Source of the DNA: Thermoanaerobaculia bacterium
Lineage (GTDB): Bacteria; Acidobacteriota; Thermoanaerobaculia; UBA5066
Reading direction: 5' to 3'
Assembly (NCBI GenBank): GCA_963719225.1
Contig: CAVRAY010000001.1
Location: forward strand, 1,312,001 to 1,376,000
Length of the DNA: 64,000 nucleotides
Positions 19,944 to 29,199 of the stretch are shown in pieces; the stretch's first letter is position 1, and every line of letters begins with the position of its first letter. A model generated the notes under the pieces. The model ran no database searches, was not told the DNA's origin, and worked only from the letters and a program-made list of their open reading frames with translations. A program made the translations under genes and the position numbers.

Positions 19944-20022
19944 TTTCTTAGAAGAGTGAGGAGGCTTCAGCGCGTTTCGTGCGCTCCGGCCGCGCCTCGC
20001 CGCAAATCCACTTTCTAAGAAA
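19944..20022. repeat. Inverted pair of the recurrent motif (intergenic)
   Basis: TTTCTTAGAAGAGTGAG (19944) ... CCACTTTCTAAGAAATC (core 20013-20022). Confidence 0.75.
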
Positions 20023-20042
20023 TCTTTCTCGGCTTTTTCTTC

Positions 20043-20058
20043 TGGCCTGCGCCTTGCT
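20043..20058 (+). promoter_or_regulatory. Putative sigma-54 (-24/-12) promoter of the CBS gene
   Basis: TGGCCTG-CGCC-TTGCT with exact GG-N10-GC spacing. Confidence 0.6.
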
Positions 20059-20066
20059 GCGAATAG

Positions 20067-20105
20067 CCTCCACGGGGAGTCCGCGAAGCCCCGTGGAGGT
20101 TTTTT
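20067..20105 (+). terminator. Terminator-like hairpin containing the CBS gene RBS
   Basis: Perfect 11-bp stem CCTCCACGGGG/CCCCGTGGAGG followed by T6, directly before ATG 20107. Confidence 0.55.
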
Positions 20106-20106
20106 C

Positions 20107-20580
20107 ATGAAGGCCAAGGACATCATGACGGAGAACATCGCGACCGCCACTCCCGAGACGCGCCTGGAAGACATCGCGAAAATGCTCGTCGCGCACGATT
20201 GCGGCGCGATTCCAATCCTGAAGAGTGAGAACTCGAAAAAGCCGGTCGGGATCGTCACCGATCGCGACATCGTCTGCCGCGTCTTCGCGGCCGGGAAGGA
20301 CCCGCGCGAGGCGACCGCGGGCGACTGCATGTCGAGCCCCTGTGTCACGGTGACGCCGGGGACGAAGCTGGACGCGTGCTGCACGACGATGGAGGAGAAC
20401 CGGATCCGCCGCCTCGTCGTCGTGGATCATGACGGCTTCTGCTGCGGGATCGTCTCCCAGGCCGACGTTGCGCGTCGCATCGCGGACAAGGCGGGAGAGA
20501 TCGTGAAGGAAGTCTCGCAGCCGACGGGCTCGGCCTCGGCCGTCACGCCGCGCGAGCAACCGGCGGAGGTCCATCACTAG
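20107..20580 (+). CDS. CBS-domain pair protein
   Basis: KDIMT, CGAIP, GIVTDRDI, IRRLVVV, GIVSQADV. Confidence 0.9.
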   Translation: MKAKDIMTENIATATPETRLEDIAKMLVAHDCGAIPILKSENSKKPVGIVTDRDIVCRVFAAGKDPREATAGDCMSSPCVTVTPGTKLDACCTTMEENRIRRLVVVDHDGFCCGIVSQADVARRIADKAGEIVKEVSQPTGSASAVTPREQPAEVHH

Positions 20581-20629
20581 GACGGGGTAGGATCGCCTCC
20601 GAGCCACTGGGAACGGCGAGGAGGCTTCG

Positions 20630-22576
20630 TTGACAAGTTCGGGCCGGTCACTCCCGATTGTCGTCACCGTCGTCGCGCTCTCCGGCGTTGTTGGGCTGCC
20701 TTCCCGAGCGGCCACGAACAAGCCGCCGCTTCACGCGAAGAAGTGGCTCGCGATCACGGGCAAGCCGCTGGCCGCGACCGCGGGCGCGATGATCTTCCAG
20801 AAAGGCGGGAACGCCGTGGACGCGGCGGCCGCCATGATCGCCGCGACCGCCACGATGTGGGACACGCTGTCGTGGGGCGGCGAGACGCAGGCGCTGATCT
20901 ACAACCCGAAGACGGGCAAGGTCCTCGGCCTCAACGCGCTCGGCGTCGCGCCGACGGGAGCGACGCTGGAGTTCTTCAAGTCGAAGGGCATGCCGTATCC
21001 GCCCGAATACGGCCCGCTCGCCGCCGTCACACCCGGCACACCCGGGGGAATCATGGTCATGCTCGCCGAGTTCGGGAAGCTTTCGCTCGCCGAGGTCCTG
21101 GGGCCCGCGATCGAGATGGCCGACGGCTATCCCGTCGAGCAGCAGCACGTCTCGACGGCGTCGAGGCAGCGCGACTGGCTCCTGAAGTGGCCCGAGTCGC
21201 GGCGCGTCCTCCTGCCGCGTCCGGGCGACCAGCCGCCGCGGGCGGGGGAGATCTTCCGGCAGCCCGATCTCGCCGCGACGTTGCGGAAGCTCGTCGACGC
21301 CGAGAAGGAGGCGCTCGCGAAACGCAAGAGCCGGAAGGACGCGATCCTCGCGGCGTACGACCGCTTCTACAAGGGCGACATCGCGCAGGAGTTCGTGCGC
21401 GGCTCGCGCGAGGTCGGCGGCCTCCACACACTCGAGGACCTCGCGAAGTGGAAGGTCCGCATCGAGGAACCGGTGAAGACGACCTACAAGGGCATCGACG
21501 TCTACAAGCTCGACGTGTGGACGCAGGGTCCCGCGATGCTCCAGGCCCTGAACGTCCTCGAGGGCGTCGACCTCAAGGGAATGGGCTACAACAGTGCGCG
21601 CTACATCCACGCCCTCTATCAGGCGATGAGCCTCGCATTCGCGGACCGCGACTTCTACTACGGCGACCCATACTTCCCGCCCGCCGAACCCACGAAGGGC
21701 CTTCTCTCGAAGGAGTACGCGAAGAAGCGGGCAGCCACGATCGACTGGGCGAAGAACGATCCGAACGTGAAGCCCGGCGATCCGTACCCGTTCCAAGGAG
21801 AAGAGAATCCGTTCAAGATTTTCTTAGAAAGGTGGAAGACGACCCCGGCGCGCCGCGACGTCGCACCGGAATCCGCGACGCACCTCTCGCGCCACGAGGC
21901 TGGCCCGGCAGCGGCGGCCCAACTCTCGCGCCGCGACGCCGCCGCTTCCTCTTACCCATTCGAAGAATCTTCTTTTCCCTCCGACTCTTTCTTCGCCGGG
22001 ACGACCTCTGTCGAGGCGGCGGACGCGGAGGGATGGGTCGTCTCCGTCACTCCGTCGGGCGGCTGGCTGCCGGCGGTCATCGCAGGGAAGACCGGCATCG
22101 GCATGAGCCAGCGCATGCAGAGCTTCGTCCTTGACGGCGCGGACGGCCCCTTCAACGTTCTCGAGCCCGGCAAGCACCCGCGCGTGACGCTCACGCCGAC
22201 GCTCGCGCTGAAGGACGGCAGGCCGTACCTCTGCTTTTCGGTCCAGGGCGGCGACTCGCAGGATCAGAACCTCCTCCAGTTCTTCCTGAACGTCGTGGAG
22301 TTCGGAATGACGGTCCAGGAAGCCACCGAGGCGGCGAACGTCAACAGCTACCAGATGAGGAGCTCGTTCGGCGCGCACGAGTCGCGCCCGGGCGCGATGA
22401 TGATCCACGCCTCTCTTCCCGCCTGGGTGCGCGGCGAGCTCACGCGGATGGGCTACAAGCTCGAGCCCCACGCGAAGACCTCCGGGCCCATCAACGCGAT
22501 CTATCTCGACCGCGAGCACGGCACGATGTGGGGCGGGTCGAGCGACCACGGGGAGGACTACGGGATCGGGTGGTGA
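20630..22576 (+). CDS. ggt: Gamma-glutamyltransferase family (Ntn hydrolase), exported
   Basis: GGNAVDAA, FRQPDLAATL, FYKGDIA, AFADRD, GTTSVEAAD (Thr nucleophile); insertion before the cleavage site. Confidence 0.9.
   Translation: MTSSGRSLPIVVTVVALSGVVGLPSRAATNKPPLHAKKWLAITGKPLAATAGAMIFQKGGNAVDAAAAMIAATATMWDTLSWGGETQALIYNPKTGKVLGLNALGVAPTGATLEFFKSKGMPYPPEYGPLAAVTPGTPGGIMVMLAEFGKLSLAEVLGPAIEMADGYPVEQQHVSTASRQRDWLLKWPESRRVLLPRPGDQPPRAGEIFRQPDLAATLRKLVDAEKEALAKRKSRKDAILAAYDRFYKGDIAQEFVRGSREVGGLHTLEDLAKWKVRIEEPVKTTYKGIDVYKLDVWTQGPAMLQALNVLEGVDLKGMGYNSARYIHALYQAMSLAFADRDFYYGDPYFPPAEPTKGLLSKEYAKKRAATIDWAKNDPNVKPGDPYPFQGEENPFKIFLERWKTTPARRDVAPESATHLSRHEAGPAAAAQLSRRDAAASSYPFEESSFPSDSFFAGTTSVEAADAEGWVVSVTPSGGWLPAVIAGKTGIGMSQRMQSFVLDGADGPFNVLEPGKHPRVTLTPTLALKDGRPYLCFSVQGGDSQDQNLLQFFLNVVEFGMTVQEATEAANVNSYQMRSSFGAHESRPGAMMIHASLPAWVRGELTRMGYKLEPHAKTSGPINAIYLDREHGTMWGGSSDHGEDYGIGW
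21818..21970. repeat. Inverted motif pair inside ggt bracketing an in-frame insertion
   Basis: ATTTTCTTAGAAAGG (core 21820-21829) ... CCTCTTACCCATTCGAAGAATC (core 21959-21968). Confidence 0.7.
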
Positions 22577-22905
22577 GGTTGCGGCCTCGGCCGCCAGCGG
22601 AAGGCCTCTAGGTTGATGACGCCCTTTCGGTCGAATCGAACGCCTTCGCGCTTCAGGATCAGCCGCTGGAGGACGTCGTGACCGGAACCATTTCTCCTGA
22701 GGCTGATCGTGCCCTTTGCGTTCACGACGCGCTGCCACGGCACGCGGCTCCCTTCGTGGAGCGCGTTGAGGGCGTAGCCGACGAGGCGCGCGTGGCTTGG
22801 AAGGCCCGCGAGGCGCGCAACCTGGCCGTACGTTGCGACGCGGCCGCGCGGAATCCGCAAGACGACGGCGTAGATCGCGGGGTAGGAGCTCGCAGCAGGC
22901 GTCAT
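22558..22905 (-). CDS. Alkyltransferase-like protein (MGMT/ATL family)
   Basis: IPRGRVATYGQVA, ARLVGYAL, PWQRVVN (Trp replaces the catalytic Cys). Confidence 0.88.
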   Translation of the reverse strand: MTPAASSYPAIYAVVLRIPRGRVATYGQVARLAGLPSHARLVGYALNALHEGSRVPWQRVVNAKGTISLRRNGSGHDVLQRLILKREGVRFDRKGVINLEAFRWRPRPQPHHPIP

Positions 22906-23363
22906 CAGTCTCCTCCCTCGAGGCGGGACCAGGACGCCCACACGATCTTCCATCCTCCTTTTCCCGCCTCGAGGCGCACGTCGAAGATCCAGTTCGACGT
23001 GCGCGGGAGAAAGCCCTCGAGTCCGCCGACGGCGCGCGGCCTGCCCGACATCCGCACCTTGAACTTCGCCTGCGCTGCGGCGGGTCCGCGCTGGATTGCG
23101 ACGTCCGAGAGCGTCAGGGAGAGCGACTCGTAGGCGGCGAGGCTCCGGCGCACGAGCGCAGCTGAGTCCGCTTTCCCACCACCTTCCGCATCGCGGAAGC
23201 TCTCCGCCAACCTGCTCAGGACGCCGTCGGCGTCACGCACCTCGGCGGCTGCGATGGCGCCGGTCAGGCACGTCATCGCCGGATCCCGCGGAGCACGGCG
23301 GCAGGCGGAAGCGAAAGAAAGGACGAGGGAGAGAAAAAGAGCGACCTGGAGACGGCAGATCAC
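22905..23363 (-). CDS. Putative lipoprotein, NTF2-like
   Basis: GTG start overlapping the M13 stop, hydrophobic stretch plus FASA-C lipobox, C-terminal GGWKIVWASW. Confidence 0.65.
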   Translation of the reverse strand: MICRLQVALFLSLVLSFASACRRAPRDPAMTCLTGAIAAAEVRDADGVLSRLAESFRDAEGGGKADSAALVRRSLAAYESLSLTLSDVAIQRGPAAAQAKFKVRMSGRPRAVGGLEGFLPRTSNWIFDVRLEAGKGGWKIVWASWSRLEGGD

Positions 23364-25411
23364 CAGATGCTCGGTCTCTCCCCTTCCGCGCGGCGCATCG
23401 GCGTCCCCTCGGCGCACCCGAACGCGTCGTAGAACTCCGGCAGGTTGGAGGTCGGGCCGATCGCCCGCCACTTGCCGGGGCTGTGCGGATTCGTGTTGAG
23501 CTGGACGCGAAGCGCCTCTTCGCGCGACTGGTTGCGCCAGATCGTCGCGAACGAGAGGAAGAAGCGCTGCTCGGGCGTAAAGCCGTCGATCGCGGTGCGC
23601 GGTTTTCCCTCGAGGGCCTTCTGGAGCGCCGCGTAGGCGATCTTGATGCCGCCGAGATCGCCGATGTTCTCGCCGAGCGTGAGCTTCCCGTTGATGGCCT
23701 GGTCGGCGAGCGGCTTGTATCCGTCGAACTGCTTCACGACGAGCGCCGTGCGGGAGTCGTAGGCTTTCCGGTCCTCGGCCGTCCACCAGTTCTTGAGGTT
23801 GCCGTCCGCGTCGTACTGGCTGCCTGAGTCGTCGAACCCGTGGGACATCTCGTGGCCGATGACGACGCCGATGCCGCCGTAGTTCACCGCGTCGTCGGCG
23901 TCCTCGGAGAAGAAAGGAGGCTGGAGGATGCCCGCCGGGAAGACGATCTCGTTCATCGTGGAGCTGTAGTACGCGTTGACCGTCGGGGGCGACATGTTCC
24001 ACTCCGTCCGGTCGATGGGCTTGCCGAGCTTCGCGAGGTTGCGTTTCGTCTCGAAGGTGCGGGCGTTCCTCACGTTCTCGGCGTACGACGCACGGGAGAT
24101 CGCGAGGGACGAGTAGTCCTTCCACTTGTCGGGATAACCGATCTTCACGTTGAAGGCGGCGAGCTTTCTCTGTGCCTGCTTCTTCGTTTCGGCGCTCATC
24201 CACGGCAGCGCGTCGATCCGCTCCTCGAGCGCGGCGCGCAGGTTCTCGACGAGGACGCGCATCCTCTCCTTCGCACGCGGGCTGAAAGCGCGCGCCACGT
24301 AGAGAGGCCCCAGAGCCTCGCCGAGCGCCTGGTCCGTCGCGGCCTGGACGCGCCTCCAACGCGGCTCCTGCTCCGGGACGCCCATCAGAGTCTTGCCGCT
24401 GAACGCGAAGGCCTCCTCCTGGAAGGCCTTCGAAAGGTACGGCGCCGCCTGGCGGAGGACGTGCCACCTCAGGTATGTCCGCCAGGTCTCCGCGGGAACG
24501 GTGCGCGAAAGCTCTCCGAACGCGACGAAGAAGCGCGGTTGCCGGACGTTGACCTCCGTGGCAGAGGAGGTGCCGAGGTCCGTGAAGAAGCGCGGAAAGT
24601 CGAAGCCGGGGGCTTCGGAGGCCAGCGCCGCGAGCGTCCTCTTGTTGTAGGTCTTCTGGGGGTCGCGATTCTCGACGCGCGTGAGCGCGGGCTCCGCGAG
24701 CTTGGTCTCGAGCGCCATGACGACGTCGGCGGACGCTTTCGCCTTTTCGGGAGAGGCGCCGGAGAGCTCGAACATCTTCGCGACGTGGACCCGATAGGCG
24801 TCGCGGAGGCCTTTCGACTTCGGATCTTCCTTCGTGTAGTAATCGCGGTCGGGAAGGCCGAGGCCGCCCTGGCCGAGGATGCCGATGTACCGCGTGCTCT
24901 CGCGGGCGTCCTGGCCGACGCGGAAGTTGAATCCGACCTCGAGACCCCGGGCGTGGAGGTCCGCGAGCACCACGGGAAGGTCGGCAGGGGTTTTCAGCTT
25001 GTCGATCTCGGCGAAAAGGGGCGCGAGGGGCTTCGTCCCCGCTTTCTCGATCGCAGCCTCGTCCATCCCGGCGGCGTAGAAGTCGCCGACTTTCTGCTCG
25101 TTCGATCCCTTCGGCCAATCGGTCTTCGCCGAAGTCTTCTCGAGGATCTTCTTCAGGATCTCGCGATTGCGGTCCGAGAGCTCCTGGAATCCGCCGTAGC
25201 TGGCGCGGTCGGCCGGGATGGGATGTGCTTTCAGCCAGGAGCCGTTCGCGTATTGGTAGAAGTCGTCGCACGGCTTGACGGACGTATCGAAGTTCGCGGA
25301 ATCGATCGGCTTCGGCTTCGCGGGCGCGGCGGGCTGGGCGTTCGCGGCGGCCGGGACGGCGAGAAGGGCGAGGGCGAGCACGGCTCTACGAATGGACACG
25401 GGGACCTCCAT
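23360..25411 (-). CDS. M13 family metallo-endopeptidase (neprilysin/PepO-like)
   Basis: PCDDFYQYANG, VNAYY, GHEMSHGFDD, GENIGDLGG, NPHSP; signal peptide. Confidence 0.95.
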   Translation of the reverse strand: MEVPVSIRRAVLALALLAVPAAANAQPAAPAKPKPIDSANFDTSVKPCDDFYQYANGSWLKAHPIPADRASYGGFQELSDRNREILKKILEKTSAKTDWPKGSNEQKVGDFYAAGMDEAAIEKAGTKPLAPLFAEIDKLKTPADLPVVLADLHARGLEVGFNFRVGQDARESTRYIGILGQGGLGLPDRDYYTKEDPKSKGLRDAYRVHVAKMFELSGASPEKAKASADVVMALETKLAEPALTRVENRDPQKTYNKRTLAALASEAPGFDFPRFFTDLGTSSATEVNVRQPRFFVAFGELSRTVPAETWRTYLRWHVLRQAAPYLSKAFQEEAFAFSGKTLMGVPEQEPRWRRVQAATDQALGEALGPLYVARAFSPRAKERMRVLVENLRAALEERIDALPWMSAETKKQAQRKLAAFNVKIGYPDKWKDYSSLAISRASYAENVRNARTFETKRNLAKLGKPIDRTEWNMSPPTVNAYYSSTMNEIVFPAGILQPPFFSEDADDAVNYGGIGVVIGHEMSHGFDDSGSQYDADGNLKNWWTAEDRKAYDSRTALVVKQFDGYKPLADQAINGKLTLGENIGDLGGIKIAYAALQKALEGKPRTAIDGFTPEQRFFLSFATIWRNQSREEALRVQLNTNPHSPGKWRAIGPTSNLPEFYDAFGCAEGTPMRRAEGERPSIW

Positions 25412-25452
25412 GAGCGGATCTTACGAATTTCGGGGCAAGACGAACGCCCGGG

Positions 25453-27918
25453 CTATGCCAGCGAAGCCTGACGCGAGTCGCGCGCGCGGCGCACGAGGGC
25501 CACGAGGCCGCCCGCCATCATCACGTAGAAGCCTCCCCACACGAGGGAGATGAGGGGCTTCGTCGTCAGGTCGACGGAGAGCGTCTCGCCGGTCGCGGGC
25601 TTGAGGTCTCCTCCCGGCGCGACGCCGAGGAGCTCGATCTCGCAGATGCCTTCGTTCGGCGACACCTTGAGGAGCTTCAGGCGGCCCTTTCCGGGGAGGG
25701 CCGTCTCGGGCGACTCCGAGGCCGATTCCGCATTCGCCCCGCCGAAGTACATCACGAGCCGGGCGGTCTTCTCCTCGGAAGCCTCTGCGGTCGTCACGAG
25801 GAAATTGCCGGTCACGGTGACGTGCGGCCGCGCCGACGCGACCTGCGAGCGGTCGGCGGAAAAGTCGAGGAACTTCACCTTCACGCCCTCGACGGTCTTC
25901 GACTCGCCCTTCTTCAGGGCGAGCGTCGTGCCCTCGATGCGCGCGGACCGGCCCGGATCGTAGGCCTGGGGCGAGACGTAGAGGTCCATCAGCGGCGACG
26001 ACTTCACGTCGGGATTCGCCATCATCTGGTTCGTGCGCGTGTTCGTGTAGAGCTTCGGATATGCCTTCCAGACGCTCCGTCCGGGAGACGACACCTCGAC
26101 CTCCATGGCCTGCTTGGCGCGGCGGTCGGAGAGGTCCAACGAGTTGAGCTCTTCGAAGCGCTTCACGTCGCCGCTGTCCGTGACGAACACGGTGCGCGTG
26201 AACGTCAGGGTGTTGCGACCGACGCTGACGGGCTGGTTCCTGAGGAGGTTCACGGTCGTCCTCTTCTCGTAGACGCCCGAGATGAGGATGCCCACGAGCA
26301 TGATCGACATGCCGATGTGCGCGAGGTACCCGCCCATGGTCTTGACGGCCTTGCGCCTCACGAAGAGGACCGCGGTCTCGACGTTCGCGACGAAGCCGGC
26401 CACGGCGAGACCGAGGATCAGAAGGTCCCCCGTACCGCGTACGCCGGCCGCGAAGAAGACCCCGATGCCGAGGAGGCCCACGACGCCCGGGACGAGCGCC
26501 TTCCTGAGGACACCCTTGCCGCTCTCGCCGCGCCAGGATAGATACGGAACGAGAAGGAGGAGCAGGGCCATGAGCCCCGCGATCGGGCGATGCGTGACGT
26601 TGTAGAAGCTCGTGGCGACCTGCGAGGGCTTGCCCGCGATGCGCGTCAGGATCGGGGCCGAGGTCCCGAGCAGGATGACGAGGCCGGAGGCGCAAAAGAG
26701 CGTGACGGAGAGGATGAAGAGGACCGACCGCGACAGGAACGGCTCCTCTTTCTCCTTGCCGGTCGCCGCGTCCAAGTCGGAAACGACCGGGATCTCCTTC
26801 CAGCGCCACGCGAGGAGGCCGAGGCCGCCCACGAGGAAGACGAGGATGATCCCGACGAGCCAGCCCGTGATTCCGAGATCGATGAAGGAGTGGACGGAGA
26901 AGTCCGCGAGCACGCCGGAGCGCGTCAGGAACGTTCCGTAGAGGATGCAGCAGAAGGCGAGGATCGCGAGGATGATGTTGATCTTGCGGTGCTTTGCCCG
27001 CATCTTCTGAAGGAACATGCCGTGCACGAGCGCGACGGTCGCGAGCCACGGCACGAGCGACGTGTTCTCCACCGGGTCCCAGCCCCAGTAACCGCCCCAG
27101 CCGAGCGTCTTGTAGGCCCAGTACCCGCCCATGAGGATCGCGGTGCCGAGCGTGACGAACGTGAAGAGCGCCCAGGGCATCGCGCGGACGACCCACCCGT
27201 CCCAGCGCTTCATCCACAGAGCGCCGATCGCGAACGCGAACGGCACGGAGAGGGACGCGAAGCCGGAGAACATGACCGGCGGGTGGATGACCATCCACGG
27301 GTCCTGCAGGAGAGGGTTCAGTCCCTGGCCGTCGGCCGGGATCTGCGCGAGGAACCGGAACGGTGACTGCTTCACGAGGATCGCGACGATCCCGATGAAC
27401 GACGCGATGTAGACGATCATGACGGGAGCTTCCTGCTCCTTGGCGGATCTGAGGACGAAGAGCCCGATGAGGGAGCCCCAGAACAGCCACAGCAGGAACG
27501 AGCCTTCCTGCCCGGCCCAGAACGTGGAGAAGAGATAGTAGAAGGGAAGGTCACGCCCCGAATACGACGCCACGTACGAGATGCGGAAGTCATGCACGAG
27601 GAGGCGCGAGAGGAGCAGCACGGACGCGAGGACGATCGAGAACGTGAACGCGTAGTAGAGCCGCCGCGCGAAGAGGAGATTCTGAGAGAGAAGACTCGGA
27701 AGAGGACTTTCTTCGAATGGTAATAGGGCTGGGCCACCAGCCGTCGCGACTGCAGCGCCGGAGCTCCTCTTACCCTTTCTAAGAAAATCCCCGGCCGCGA
27801 ATCCCATACTGGGCATCGTTCGCAGGTACGCGAGCATGCACGTGAGTCCGAAGAGCAGCGCCGCCCAGATCGCGAGCGTGCCTGGCGCGAAGCCAAGAAG
27901 GCCGGGGAGATTGTTCAT
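25453..27918 (-). CDS. ccmF: Cytochrome c heme lyase CcmF (long form)
   Basis: WAGQEGS, GLNPLLQ, IHPP, WAYKTLGWGGYWGWDPVEN, FLTRSG, SVHSF. Confidence 0.93.
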   Translation of the reverse strand: MNNLPGLLGFAPGTLAIWAALLFGLTCMLAYLRTMPSMGFAAGDFLRKGKRSSGAAVATAGGPALLPFEESPLPSLLSQNLLFARRLYYAFTFSIVLASVLLLSRLLVHDFRISYVASYSGRDLPFYYLFSTFWAGQEGSFLLWLFWGSLIGLFVLRSAKEQEAPVMIVYIASFIGIVAILVKQSPFRFLAQIPADGQGLNPLLQDPWMVIHPPVMFSGFASLSVPFAFAIGALWMKRWDGWVVRAMPWALFTFVTLGTAILMGGYWAYKTLGWGGYWGWDPVENTSLVPWLATVALVHGMFLQKMRAKHRKINIILAILAFCCILYGTFLTRSGVLADFSVHSFIDLGITGWLVGIILVFLVGGLGLLAWRWKEIPVVSDLDAATGKEKEEPFLSRSVLFILSVTLFCASGLVILLGTSAPILTRIAGKPSQVATSFYNVTHRPIAGLMALLLLLVPYLSWRGESGKGVLRKALVPGVVGLLGIGVFFAAGVRGTGDLLILGLAVAGFVANVETAVLFVRRKAVKTMGGYLAHIGMSIMLVGILISGVYEKRTTVNLLRNQPVSVGRNTLTFTRTVFVTDSGDVKRFEELNSLDLSDRRAKQAMEVEVSSPGRSVWKAYPKLYTNTRTNQMMANPDVKSSPLMDLYVSPQAYDPGRSARIEGTTLALKKGESKTVEGVKVKFLDFSADRSQVASARPHVTVTGNFLVTTAEASEEKTARLVMYFGGANAESASESPETALPGKGRLKLLKVSPNEGICEIELLGVAPGGDLKPATGETLSVDLTTKPLISLVWGGFYVMMAGGLVALVRRARDSRQASLA
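27708..27789. repeat. Inverted motif pair inside ccmF bracketing an in-frame insertion
   Basis: TTTCTTCGAATGGTAATAGG (27708) ... CCTCTTACCCTTTCTAAGAAAATC (core 27777-27786). Confidence 0.75.
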
Positions 27919-27927
27919 GGGGTGACC

Positions 27928-28326
27928 TCAGGCCTTCTTGGCGCCGTACTGTTTTTCGATTTCCTCGCCCTGGTACTTGGACGGACACTTGACGAGAAGC
28001 TTCTCGGCGGCGAAGACCCCGGCGTCGTAACGGCCGATGGCCACGATCGACACGGCGTCCTCGAAATTCGCGGGCTTCACGTCGGTGTAGGAGACGGGGA
28101 TCGACTCCTTGGTCTTCTCGTCGTAGAGCGTGAAGAAGAGCGTCTTCGTGCTCGTTTCGTAGCGCGTCGAGCCCTTTTGGAGAGCGCCCATCACCTGCAC
28201 GGTGCGCGGCGCGGCTTTCGCCTCGGCGAAGGAGACGTAAGGCGTCATCGAGCGGGTGAACGTCGAAAGGCCAAGGGCGAGGAAGCCGAGGACGAGGATG
28301 GCGCCGGCCCAGTACGCGCGTTTCAT
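27928..28326 (-). CDS. ccmE: Heme chaperone CcmE, CxxxY type
   Basis: N-terminal TM, LLVKCPSKY. Confidence 0.9.
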   Translation of the reverse strand: MKRAYWAGAILVLGFLALGLSTFTRSMTPYVSFAEAKAAPRTVQVMGALQKGSTRYETSTKTLFFTLYDEKTKESIPVSYTDVKPANFEDAVSIVAIGRYDAGVFAAEKLLVKCPSKYQGEEIEKQYGAKKA

Positions 28327-28451
28327 CGGGGTTTCTCCTGCCCGGGCCCGGAGGCCGCCCGGACCTTGCGGTCGAGGTAGACGAGATAGCCGAAGATTCC
28401 GGCCCAGATCACGATGTTGACCGCCGCGACGTAGCCGAGAGCCCCGCTCAT
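28323..28451 (-). CDS. ccmD: CcmD-like small membrane protein (not in the ORF track)
   Basis: 42 aa MSGALGYVAAVNIVIWAGIFGYLVYLDRKVR..., with ATGA overlaps to both ccmC and ccmE. Confidence 0.8.
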   Translation of the reverse strand: MSGALGYVAAVNIVIWAGIFGYLVYLDRKVRAASGPGQEKPR

Positions 28452-29119
28452 GCCGCCCTTTCACGGACGATGCGGGACACGCGCCGATCGAGATTCCACA
28501 TCCAGAAGAACAAGATCATGAATGCCACCATGGAGGAGAAGAAAACGGCTCGGATGTCCGCGGACATTTCGACCTTGCCGCGGACGTTGAGGACGGTGTC
28601 GGGGTGGAGCGACTGGTACATGCGGGGGACGGCGAAGGTCAGGAACGGCACGGTCACGACTGCGACGAGAGCGTACGCCGCCGAGAGCGTCGCGCGCCGC
28701 TCGGGGTCCTCGAGCGCGCCGCGCAGCCCGAGGTACGCGCCGTAGACGAGGAGAAGAAGCACGATGGACGTCTCGCGCGGGTCCCAGTTCCAGTACGAGT
28801 TCCACATCACGCGGGCGAAGATCGAGCCGGTGACCGTGGCCAGGACGCAGAACACGAAGCCGAGGCGCGCCGCGCCTGCCGCGGCGTCGTCGCTCTCGAT
28901 CCGGCGCTTCCTCAGATAGACGGCCGAGTGCCATGCGGCGAGGAAAAACGCGAGGGTCGAGACCCAGGCCATGGGCACGTGGAAAAAGACGATCCGAGAG
29001 GACTCGCCGACGAAGCTCTGGGCGGGGCGGGCCCACAGAAAAGCGGCCCAGCAAATGACGGCCATCCCAAGTCCCAGGAGTGCTTTGAGGAAGAAACCAA
29101 GGCCCTTCACGTGAGGCAT
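28448..29119 (-). CDS. ccmC: Heme exporter protein C (alternative GTG start 29110)
   Basis: FFHVP, WNSYWNWDPRET (WWD motif), SLHP. Confidence 0.9.
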   Translation of the reverse strand: MPHVKGLGFFLKALLGLGMAVICWAAFLWARPAQSFVGESSRIVFFHVPMAWVSTLAFFLAAWHSAVYLRKRRIESDDAAAGAARLGFVFCVLATVTGSIFARVMWNSYWNWDPRETSIVLLLLVYGAYLGLRGALEDPERRATLSAAYALVAVVTVPFLTFAVPRMYQSLHPDTVLNVRGKVEMSADIRAVFFSSMVAFMILFFWMWNLDRRVSRIVRERAA

Positions 29120-29199
29120 GATACTGCCGAGTCGAGAATCGTTCTCTAAAGCAGGCGAATCAGGTTTCGTCCGGTCGAAAAGAGGTCCCGAGGGCCGAT

